Below, one piece after another: positions 54,350 to 63,158 of a stretch of 64,000 nucleotides of DNA. Under the pieces are notes generated by a model. It saw only the letters and a list, made by a program, of their open reading frames with translations, did not search any database and was not told where the DNA came from. Position 1 is the stretch's first letter. The number at the start of each line of letters is the position of its first letter. Both the position numbers and the translations under genes were made by a program. The stretch comes from Tubulanus polymorphus. Its lineage: Eukaryota > Animalia > Nemertea. Location: positions 4,550,231-4,614,230 of the forward strand of contig NC_134033.1 in NCBI RefSeq assembly GCF_964204645.1. Reading direction: 5' to 3'.

Positions 54350-55597
54350 ATGAGTGGGAGTTATATAAATCCTTCTAAGATTTCTAGAATATCTAATGCT
54401 ATTAAAGCAGAAAGATCACATCATATAATTACTCATAACCCTTCAAATATTAATCCCGATGAAACTTTATACGTTAGAATTCCGAGATTAACACAAAATA
54501 CTTTTTATGTTCCAAACAGTATTTATTTATCAGCTGATATAAAAGTATCTCGTAATAATAATAATTATGTCGTTGATAATGTTGGAAGATATTTGATTAA
54601 AAAGTTAACAATAAAGATTGGTCCGGAAACAGTTTTCTCATTAGATGATTATAATTTATTTATGCATTATAAAGATTTATGGTTAACAAAAGAAAATAGA
54701 AATAATATGATATTTCAAGGCATCCAATCAGAAAACCAAAATAAATTAAGATCAGAAGCTAATAGCGCAATATTAACTAATGATGTAGATAAATTGATAA
54801 AAAGTATATATGGAAGCAAATATAAAATTCCATTAGACTTTGAATTGATAAATAATAATGCACCTTTATATAAATACGCAATTCAAGAAGATATTATATT
54901 TGAGATAACATTTGCTCCTGTAAATGAAATTGTAATATCTAGCGTTAATAAAGATATGAGTTATAAATTATCGAATATATGTTTAGAATATAACACAGTA
55001 ACTAATGAAAATATTGCTAGCACAATTCAAACTCAATACAATCAAGGATTTTCATTATTATATGATTATATTGATAAATTTAAAACTGTAACTATTAATG
55101 CAAATGATGAAATAATAAATGAGAATATTAACTTTCCTAGAAGATCTATTAAAGGTATATTAATATTTTTTACTATTGGAACATATACTAATGGTGCAAT
55201 AAATGTTGACAATTATTATAATCCTGAAATAACAAAAGTAGAAATAACTATTGAAGGAATAGCGAATAAAATATTTTGTCAAGGAATGAGAATGATAGAT
55301 CAATGGGTAGAAATTAAAAAACATTTTATGAATGAAAAAGTAAAATCATTTGAAAATTGTAACATTAATCAAATTGACTATTATACCGGTAATAAATTTG
55401 CATTATGGTTAGATTTTAGAACAACTGAAGATAATTCATTACATGGTTCTGGAAAAAAACTACAAAACACTAAAGATGGAATACAATTATTCATGACAAA
55501 GAAAAAGGGAATCAAAAATTTTAAAATGCACATTTATATTATATCTGACGCGCAATTAAATATTATAAATTCACAATTAGATAGTGTTATGTATTAA
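54350..55597 (+). CDS. Probable major capsid protein (double jelly-roll)
   Basis: 415 aa, beta-rich; IPLDF, YKLSNICLEY, INENINFPRRSIKGILIFF, FALWLDFR, YIISDA; size and position fit a Polinton MCP. Confidence 0.8.
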   Translation: MSGSYINPSKISRISNAIKAERSHHIITHNPSNINPDETLYVRIPRLTQNTFYVPNSIYLSADIKVSRNNNNYVVDNVGRYLIKKLTIKIGPETVFSLDDYNLFMHYKDLWLTKENRNNMIFQGIQSENQNKLRSEANSAILTNDVDKLIKSIYGSKYKIPLDFELINNNAPLYKYAIQEDIIFEITFAPVNEIVISSVNKDMSYKLSNICLEYNTVTNENIASTIQTQYNQGFSLLYDYIDKFKTVTINANDEIINENINFPRRSIKGILIFFTIGTYTNGAINVDNYYNPEITKVEITIEGIANKIFCQGMRMIDQWVEIKKHFMNEKVKSFENCNINQIDYYTGNKFALWLDFRTTEDNSLHGSGKKLQNTKDGIQLFMTKKKGIKNFKMHIYIISDAQLNIINSQLDSVMY

Positions 55598-55629
55598 AAT
55601 TTTAACTTTAATAAAAATGTATATAATAA

Positions 55630-56571
55630 ATGGAAGGAGGTAAAGTATATAAACATATTCCATACATCGATACACATGAAAATAATGATGGTTTATATTA
55701 TGTAATACCTTGTAATATAGCTTTGATATTTGATCCTATTTTTAAAAATTATAAAACTAAACTGATAGAAATCAATAATAATAAAAGTGGTGTTGTTAAT
55801 GATAGTGTAATTGATAATAATGTAATACCTACTACACCTGTAATACCTACTACTACATCTGTAATACCTACTACTACATCTGTAATACCTACTACTACAT
55901 CTAATAACGTAATACCTACTACATCTGTAATACCTACTACATCTAATAACGTAATACCTTCTACATCTAATAATAAAATAATATTAGATGTTAGTGAAAA
56001 TAGAAATTATTGTGGTTATTGTAATGGTGAATTTTCAAACGCTCCATCAAATTGGAATAAACATATGAATACAAATTCACATATTACTAATGTTATAGAA
56101 CGTGTTGGTTTAAGAGAATTTATAGAACACCCATTTAGATATGTTACAAAGTTTGTTTCAAATAAAAAAGTAAATGGTGAAAAAATATATGAAGATTTAT
56201 TATTAGCAACACCTAATAAAGATGAATTAGATTTAACTGATGCTAATGAAATATTAGGATCAAACACTGTAAATGAAATATTAGGATCAAACACTAATAA
56301 AGATGATAATGAAAATGATGCCATACACCCACATGATGATATAGTTACAGTTAAACATATTTATATTAAAGATTCTATGAAACATAAAGAAGAAACTATT
56401 GATGATATGATAAAAAGGATCAATAAGCGTAACAATGAAACAACTATTGGTGGTGTGGTAAAAAAGGCGAAAAAGGTGAAAAAAAATTATAAAGATGTTG
56501 AAGAAGATACGGTAGAGTATTTGAATATGTTGTTAGCGTCTGATAGTGAAAGTGATTCAGAAATTGAATAA
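55630..56571 (+). CDS. Hypothetical protein with VIPTTTS repeats and a C2H2-like finger
   Basis: gtaatacctactac repeats at about 55820-55970; CGYC...WNKHMNTNSH. Confidence 0.7.
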   Translation: MEGGKVYKHIPYIDTHENNDGLYYVIPCNIALIFDPIFKNYKTKLIEINNNKSGVVNDSVIDNNVIPTTPVIPTTTSVIPTTTSVIPTTTSNNVIPTTSVIPTTSNNVIPSTSNNKIILDVSENRNYCGYCNGEFSNAPSNWNKHMNTNSHITNVIERVGLREFIEHPFRYVTKFVSNKKVNGEKIYEDLLLATPNKDELDLTDANEILGSNTVNEILGSNTNKDDNENDAIHPHDDIVTVKHIYIKDSMKHKEETIDDMIKRINKRNNETTIGGVVKKAKKVKKNYKDVEEDTVEYLNMLLASDSESDSEIE

Positions 56572-56640
56572 TAAAGGTTGAAAATTGTATAAAATAATAG
56601 TAAATAAAAAAAGGGTTTTAATTATTTAAGGTATCTAATA

Positions 56641-56710
56641 GGGTATCAGGTATTAGGGTATCAGGTATTAGGGTATCAGGTATTAGGGTATATAATAGGG
56701 TATCTAATAC
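56641..56710 (+). repeat. 15-bp tandem repeat (GGGTATCAGGTATTA)x3 plus two variants
   Basis: Directly visible, at the junction of the convergent gene blocks. Confidence 0.9.
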
Positions 56711-56726
56711 ATAGGTATACAAATAG

Positions 56727-57338
56727 TTATTTTATAAATTTATATTCATAAGGAAATTGTAATCTCAGTAATAATTTTGAACCTTTATTATTTTTTAATT
56801 TATTCATATATTCATCATGTAATTCAGGAGGTATAATTTGATTTTCTTCCAATGATTGTTGCATAGATTTTCTATCTTTGTTGTAGAATAAAACTAGAAA
56901 TCTTATATTCTCTCTAAAATCTTTAACAATTGAATTATATTTCTGATTTAAAACCCATGTTGTTATCCCAAAATGTCTACCAGAGAAAGCTAAATAACAT
57001 AACTCACTTTCTCTAATTTTAGAATCATGTAAATTTGCGCAATCATCGATAATAAATAATGTATTAGATCCTTTATAAATATCTAATACAATTTTTATAC
57101 AATTATCTAAATTTTCTTTTACTGTTTTAGGGTCTAATATAATAAACTTTTTTATCTTAACTATATCTCTATTATATGTTTTATTCGTTTCATATGTAGG
57201 ACAGAATAATATTATATTATCAAAATGATTTTTATAAATAGTTTCTAACAAATCTAATATGAAATGTGTTTTACCACAATTTGTAACTCCAATAACTAAC
57301 ATATTATGTGGTTCAAATATAAATAAATCTTTATTCAT
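56727..57338 (-). CDS. A32/FtsK-like genome packaging ATPase
   Basis: Walker A GVTNCGKT, Walker B LFIIDD, GRH arginine motif, downstream Q..IVKDFREN. Confidence 0.92.
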   Translation of the reverse strand: MNKDLFIFEPHNMLVIGVTNCGKTHFILDLLETIYKNHFDNIILFCPTYETNKTYNRDIVKIKKFIILDPKTVKENLDNCIKIVLDIYKGSNTLFIIDDCANLHDSKIRESELCYLAFSGRHFGITTWVLNQKYNSIVKDFRENIRFLVLFYNKDRKSMQQSLEENQIIPPELHDEYMNKLKNNKGSKLLLRLQFPYEYKFIK

Positions 57339-58419
57339 TTATTCTTTTAATTTTACTAGATAAAATCCATTCATTAAATTTATCATCATATCCTTTATAT
57401 TTCACCAAAGAATACTTTTTTCCTTTAAGAGTTTTTGTTTTCAATACCTTTTCTATTTTGTATTCTATTTCATCTGGATTTGGTACTAATGATAATTCTT
57501 GTTCATAAAAATAACCTAATATTTCTTCATCTTTTAAATCAAACAATTTATAAACAAATGGTTTAGTTAATATTATCTTTTTAATTTTGAATATTTCTTC
57601 TGTAAAATTAGGGGTATAACCTTTATAAAATGTTTTTCGATATTTAGAAATTCTAACGTGTTGTCCTATTTTAAATTTAGGTTCTCCAAAATCATGTGTA
57701 ACAAATGCTCCATATAAATTATTCCAAACTATTTCTGAATTTTCTTCTTTTCTAGCTTGTATAGGTTTCATATTTATAGAACTATGTTTAGAATTATTAT
57801 AACCTTTAACTAAATCATCTAACACATCGATATATTTATATGTTTCATTAGCAGTAAAATATTTCCACATTCTAGTTTTCAATGTTTTATTAAATCTTTC
57901 TATAACAGATGCTTTTTTATCTGAATGTGTTGAAAAATATTCTACTTCGTTATCAGATAATAGTTTTTTAAAATGTTTGTTATAAAATTCTTTACCTTCA
58001 TCAAATTGTATTTTATCTGGAATAGCTTCTTTAAATATGGATTTAAAAGCATTTGTAACTTCTATTCCAGTTTTATTTTTAATCGGGATACTCCATGCGT
58101 ATCTACTGAATATGTCTATAACATTTAGTATCCAAAAATATCCTTTGTTATATTCTTCTAAGTTTTTCATGTCAATTAAATCTGCTTGCCATTGTTGATC
58201 GATATATGAAACCATTACTTTTCTTGTTAAATATTTTTTATCCATCTTTTTATGAATTTGATATGTGGGTTGATTTTGTAACCATGATTTTAATTCACTA
58301 TATTTTATATTGCTATTATCGGATTTAATTTTATTCCATAATTCTGAAACGTTAGAATATGAAACTTCACTTTCTGGGTTATAATATAAATCTCTTAAAT
58401 ATTGTTCTTTTTTCATCAT
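57331..58419 (-). CDS. int: Retroviral-like (rve) integrase with C-terminal chromodomain
   Basis: WQADLID, VIDIFSRY, IQFDEGKEF and VIERFNKTLK (DDE); IEKVLK...LVKYKGY...NEWI chromodomain. Confidence 0.96.
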   Translation of the reverse strand: MMKKEQYLRDLYYNPESEVSYSNVSELWNKIKSDNSNIKYSELKSWLQNQPTYQIHKKMDKKYLTRKVMVSYIDQQWQADLIDMKNLEEYNKGYFWILNVIDIFSRYAWSIPIKNKTGIEVTNAFKSIFKEAIPDKIQFDEGKEFYNKHFKKLLSDNEVEYFSTHSDKKASVIERFNKTLKTRMWKYFTANETYKYIDVLDDLVKGYNNSKHSSINMKPIQARKEENSEIVWNNLYGAFVTHDFGEPKFKIGQHVRISKYRKTFYKGYTPNFTEEIFKIKKIILTKPFVYKLFDLKDEEILGYFYEQELSLVPNPDEIEYKIEKVLKTKTLKGKKYSLVKYKGYDDKFNEWILSSKIKRINE

Positions 58420-58422
58420 ATT

Positions 58423-58797
58423 TTAATCCATTAATAATATTTTAGATTTATTTTCATTTGATTTATTTTCTGGTATAATAGGTTTATTGTCTGTACATGG
58501 ATAACTAAGTTTCCGATCATCTTTATCGTCAGATTTGAATTTTGATTTATATATTACACCGGATAATATAATAATTGTGATTAACCCAATTGTAATATAT
58601 AAGTAATTATTTCTTCCACTATTAGAAGAATTAGATGGATTATTATTTGAATCAATATCAGATAATTTCTGTGATTCATTTATATCAGTTAATTTCTTTT
58701 TCTTAGCTTTTTTTAATTCTGATGATCTTTTACCTAATTCTCTTGCCCATTTAATTTGTTTCTCGGATCTAGCCTTTTTCTTAACTCCATCACTCAT
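58423..58797 (-). CDS. Basic single-pass membrane protein
   Basis: Lys-rich N-terminus and one TM segment; TAAATG start. Confidence 0.7.
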   Translation of the reverse strand: MSDGVKKKARSEKQIKWARELGKRSSELKKAKKKKLTDINESQKLSDIDSNNNPSNSSNSGRNNYLYITIGLITIIILSGVIYKSKFKSDDKDDRKLSYPCTDNKPIIPENKSNENKSKILLMD

Positions 58798-59395
58798 TTA
58801 TTTTAGTTAATTTTTGTTCTGATTCATCTTCTGTTTCGTGGTTTGGTTGTAGTACATCTGTTTCGTTCTTACCTGATTTATATTCCATAGGTTTGATGTT
58901 CGAAAATGTTATAACTCCAGTAGAAATCAATGTCATAACCGATCCTAATTGAAATGAAGCATATCCAACCCATTTTTGTAATTCAGTCATAACTAAATAG
59001 TCATTTTTCAAATCATTATATAATTTATTTTCATCATCAATTGGTATTAGCCGGTTACATAATTTTGAATAACATTTGATAATACCATCACTTATAGAGT
59101 CGTTTATTCTAGCTAATCTTGACTCTTCATAAATCTTAAAATATTTGATTACTTTTTCTTTATTCATATTATCTAATTCTTGAAAAGTTATTGTTTTACC
59201 AATAAACTCTTTAGTTTTTCCACTCGCAATCAATAGTTCTAGATGATGTTTACAATATAAATAGTATTCATAATCAATATTACTATCAATTTTATTATCA
59301 CATTTAGTTGCCACATTATCATTATCATCTGTTAAACCTAAATCTTCCAAAGTTTTTTCAACCTTAATATTATTCTTATTCGATTTCTTAGACAT
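58790..59395 (-). CDS. Hypothetical viral protein
   Basis: Intact 201-aa ORF with TAAATG start; overlaps the next gene by 8 bp. Confidence 0.7.
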   Translation of the reverse strand: MSKKSNKNNIKVEKTLEDLGLTDDNDNVATKCDNKIDSNIDYEYYLYCKHHLELLIASGKTKEFIGKTITFQELDNMNKEKVIKYFKIYEESRLARINDSISDGIIKCYSKLCNRLIPIDDENKLYNDLKNDYLVMTELQKWVGYASFQLGSVMTLISTGVITFSNIKPMEYKSGKNETDVLQPNHETEDESEQKLTKINE

Positions 59396-59619
59396 TTATA
59401 TTAGAGAAATTTAATAAGAATAGTATTATAAGTATTCTTCAAATGATACTAGCTAGTTAAAGTTAAAGAATTCTAGTATTAGTTATTTTTTTTTAGTATT
59501 TTTTATTTGTGATATAAAGTATTCTTTTTTGAAAAGAAAATATTAAAAATTAAAATAGAAATAATGTCTAGTTGAAGGTATGTAATTTTTATTATATTTT
59601 ATTTGAGATATATTATTCT

Positions 59620-60288
59620 TTAACCACTCATTAAAGACTCAACGTATTGTTCATTATTTGGATTATTATTCCATAATTCAATAAATTTCTTTGCTTTTGT
59701 TAACCGTTCTAAATATAATTGTAAATCTAGTTTATTAGATTTGATTTGATTTTCTTTCTTTTCTAAAGGCCTTAGATTCTTCCAATTCCAAATAAGTTTT
59801 TTATTATATTCATCATTCATGTTAAATTTAGATATTGGTAACACGTGATCAATGTGGTAATAATCCCCATAATTATCTATATTCATTTTATCATCGAATT
59901 GAAATATTATCCATGATTTGAGAAATTCATCTGAACAACCCAACAAATTAGATAGTGTTTCTGAATGTGTTTCTTTGTTGAATAATTGTGTTAATCTAGT
60001 CCTTAAGCATTGTTTCAATCTAAAATTAAGATCTGTTTGATATCTTTCTCTCATATATTTTGTCATATAATAATTATAATGTTCTATATTATCTTCTCGA
60101 TATTGTTTGGTGTATAGTTTAGCACAAGTTTTACAACAATTTTGAAAACCATCTTTGCTAATCTTACGCTTACTAAATTCTGTTATAGCTAATTTATTTA
60201 ATTCACATTTAGAACACTTCTTGTAATATATGTTTATAACGCCAGTGTTATTTGTAATATTGATAATTTGTGGTTGTTCTGGTTCCAT
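59620..60288 (-). CDS. Zn-ribbon plus HNH endonuclease of the type common in large DNA viruses
   Basis: CSKC...CKTC; LGCS; NYG.YYHIDHVLP...NLRPL...N..KSNK. Confidence 0.85.
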   Translation of the reverse strand: MEPEQPQIINITNNTGVINIYYKKCSKCELNKLAITEFSKRKISKDGFQNCCKTCAKLYTKQYREDNIEHYNYYMTKYMRERYQTDLNFRLKQCLRTRLTQLFNKETHSETLSNLLGCSDEFLKSWIIFQFDDKMNIDNYGDYYHIDHVLPISKFNMNDEYNKKLIWNWKNLRPLEKKENQIKSNKLDLQLYLERLTKAKKFIELWNNNPNNEQYVESLMSG

Positions 60289-60429
60289 TTATTATACGTA
60301 TTTTTTTACTAAATTGGTTAATAATTTTAGAATCCTCTTCCATTTCTCCGACTAACGTAATCCTTTTTCATTCCTCGCTGTTTTTGATAAGTCAGTTTCG
60401 ATTCCTTGATATCTAAATAATACCACTGG

Positions 60430-60900
60430 GCAAAACCGCTCTTATAGGAGCGCTTTTGCTTAATGCGCATGCGTTAATCATAATTATATATTCATTCTGT
60501 AAATTCTGTAAAATAGAAACGACTGACATAAAATATCAAAACGTGTTCGCACTAAGCAAAACCGCTCTTATAGGAGCGTTTTTGATCAATGCGCATGCGC
60601 TAATCATAATTATATATTCATTCTGTGAAATAGAAACAACTGAACATAGAAAATTCAAACACATATGCACTAAGCAAAACCGCTCTTATAGGAGCGTTTT
60701 TGATCAATGCGCATGCGCTAATCATAATTATATTTACATAATGAATATATAATTATGTAAATAGAAACGACCGACATAAAATATCAAAACGTGTTCGCAT
60801 TAGGCAAAACCGCTCTTATAGGAGCGCTTTTGCTTAATGCGCATGCGTTAATCATAATTATATATTCATTCTGAATAGAAACGACGGAACATAAAAATTC
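60430..60900. repeat. Four ~120-130-bp tandem repeats with palindromic cores
   Basis: Units start at 60430, 60556, 60674 and 60804; core gcaaaaccgctcttataggagcg(c/t)ttttg followed by tgcgcatgcg. Confidence 0.95.
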
Positions 60901-60987
60901 ATCAATCAGATTTACACAATACATTATACAAGTTGTTCGGTCGTTGTATTGACAAAATTTATATTTTCAACTAATACATTATTTTAT

Positions 60988-61764
60988 TTATAATTCCAAC
61001 CAGAACTTTTCAATTTCTGGATCATTGTCAAACATTTTTTCAATATCGTTTAAATATTTTACTATATCAGAAAATGACAAACTTAAAAATTGGAATCTTT
61101 TATATGTAATTAATCTCCCTACACTTCTTAATTTTCTTTCATACTCAGCACTAATACCTATATATTTTTTAACCCAAGAAGTCCAAGAAATCCCCGCAGT
61201 TTGTTTATTAAACATTAAAAATCCCCTATTTAAACAATCCCCGAAAATGATATAATCCCATAAATGCTTTGCCTTTTTGAATAACAAGGTCCTATAATTT
61301 TTTTTCAATAAAACAGTTATTTCATTAAATGATGTTATACCTTCTATTTCTTTAAAACTTACATCTTTTTCAATTGATAATTTTGATTTTAAAAACTTAT
61401 TTAACTCATTTCCGCTCATTTTCTTTTTAGTTTTTGTTCCTTTTCCTTTTAGTCTTAACAATATTTCTACATTGGTTGTTGGTCTTTTCGGTAATGATGT
61501 TACACTTGATTGCTGGTTTTCTATAATTTTTTCTAAAATTAATGTCATTTCTTGATGGTAATATAAATGTTTTTTAACTTCTTCTAACGTTTCATCTTCT
61601 ATATCGAAAGATTCTTTTACTTCAACACCCATTTCGATTGGTTCATATTCCATTTCGGTTGGTTCATATTCCATTTCGGTTGGTTCATCTTCCATTTCGG
61701 TTGGTTCATCTTCTATTTCGGTTGTGCTCTGAGAATCAAGAGTACTTCTTGATACACACGACAT
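60988..61764 (-). CDS. Hypothetical protein with 7-aa acidic repeats
   Basis: E(D/Y)EP(T/I)EM repeats encoded by 21-bp units; first ATG at 61764 in TAAAATG context. Confidence 0.7.
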   Translation of the reverse strand: MSCVSRSTLDSQSTTEIEDEPTEMEDEPTEMEYEPTEMEYEPIEMGVEVKESFDIEDETLEEVKKHLYYHQEMTLILEKIIENQQSSVTSLPKRPTTNVEILLRLKGKGTKTKKKMSGNELNKFLKSKLSIEKDVSFKEIEGITSFNEITVLLKKNYRTLLFKKAKHLWDYIIFGDCLNRGFLMFNKQTAGISWTSWVKKYIGISAEYERKLRSVGRLITYKRFQFLSLSFSDIVKYLNDIEKMFDNDPEIEKFWLEL

Positions 61765-62580
61765 TTTATTCAACTAAAAGATATCAGCGGTAGAACAGGA
61801 ACCGCGATATTATATGATATAAATATTTTCAAGTCTATCGTTTCTAATTATTATAACTTATTATAGTTCAAGTTATTATCTATCTAACGTAAAATAGAAT
61901 TAACTGTATGAAGTTGTAGTTGTCAAAAGCACTTAAAGGTTTCATATTTAATAGCCTTAATAACTACAACAAACAGTACTTACATTTAGATTTATAATTG
62001 TAAACTATAAACTCCTAATTTCGTTTCGAAAGATAGAATATCCTGAGCACAATATTACAGCGTATATCCATTTCCGGGGCGATTTCTAGAATGACACGTC
62101 GTTAATTATGCTACGTCATCTAGTTCCGGTTCTAGAGTGTTCTCTCTCTGCACCTGATTATGACGTGTAATAATGTCTCGTCGTTATAGTAACAACTGTA
62201 ACAGCTGTGAATTTATAGATTTATTCTATGGCTCTGTACATTGAATGTATATAGGCTCAAATAGAATCATGTTCTAGTATAAACATCTAGAACAAGCGTG
62301 TTGAGACTTGTAAATTATGAGATTTGTGATTCGCTACGTTCGCTGTATACACAACGTGTTGAAGTTGAAAAAAAAAATAATAAAAGCATTTAGATTAATG
62401 AAATTAATTAACTCTTTACAATTGAAATATAAGCTGGTAACATATGTTTACTAGAGCTAATACAACCAACTATATAGCTGAGTATTATCGGGTGTTTATA
62501 ACGATTCAACATATTTTTCGCCATGTGTTGAGTTCCTTAATTCGATAAATGTCTTTGCTTTAAACAACTGGACTAAAAAC

Positions 62581-62752
62581 AAATGTGTTATAGTTTTATT
62601 GTGTCTTGCTTTTTGAGACTTGTCTATATCGATATTACATGTTGGGCAGTAGTATTTATTTGCTTCCATTTTAATACTATTTTTTTTATTAAAATTGATT
62701 TTAGAAGTTCAATGATTTAAATATTATTCATATATATGTGAATATTTTTAAG
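62581..62752 (-). repeat. Right subterminal inverted repeat
   Basis: Reverse complement of 45297-45465. Confidence 0.95.
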
Positions 62753-63158
62753 AGTAATAGGGATAATGGGCTTTCGGGTTAAAGGTTTAATGATTGAGTT
62801 CATTAATAACATATATTAAAAGTAATTAAAAAACTATAATATATTTTCATAACCGCGTGTATTTCGGTTGAATAATAGAATAATTATTATCATTTGAATA
62901 TATTTGATTATTTGAATTTGTGTATTGTAATTAAATCAATTGGTCGCGGAGCGGAGCGGTGGCGAAGCGGAGCGACCAATTGATTTAATACAATATGCAT
63001 TTAAAATTATTGATATCTTAGAATAAATATTTAGTTTTGATATAAAATGCATGCGGTTATGAAAATATATTATAGTTTTTTAATTACTTTTAATATTTTG
63101 TTTTTTAATGAGCTCGACCTTTCGACCTTTGATCTGAAAGCCCATTATCCCTATTACT
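62753..63158. repeat. Right terminal fold-back palindrome (406 bp)
   Basis: agtaatagggataatgggctttc...attaaatcaattggtcgc [loop 62948-62971] gcgaccaattgatttaat...gaaagcccattatccctattact. Confidence 0.95.

Larger units (their letters stand above)
45110..63158. mobile_element. Polinton/Maverick-type endogenous virus, 18,049 bp
   Basis: Termini 5'-AGTAATAGGG...CCCTATTACT-3'; TSD ATTATC at 45104-45109 and 63159-63164; removing the element plus one TSD restores the receptor exon colinear with copy B (33790-33830); encodes pPolB, integrase, ATPase and capsid-like proteins; abrupt shift to very AT-rich sequence. Confidence 0.97.

Noticed and set aside
60430-60900. CRISPR-like array, and ORF 60456..60752
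   Set aside because: Spacers are homologous to each other and there are no cas genes. The ORF is a by-product of the repeats.
63105-63158. Novel C-terminus for a secreted truncated receptor
   Set aside because: Simple read-through from the host exon into the Polinton end; no evidence of function.
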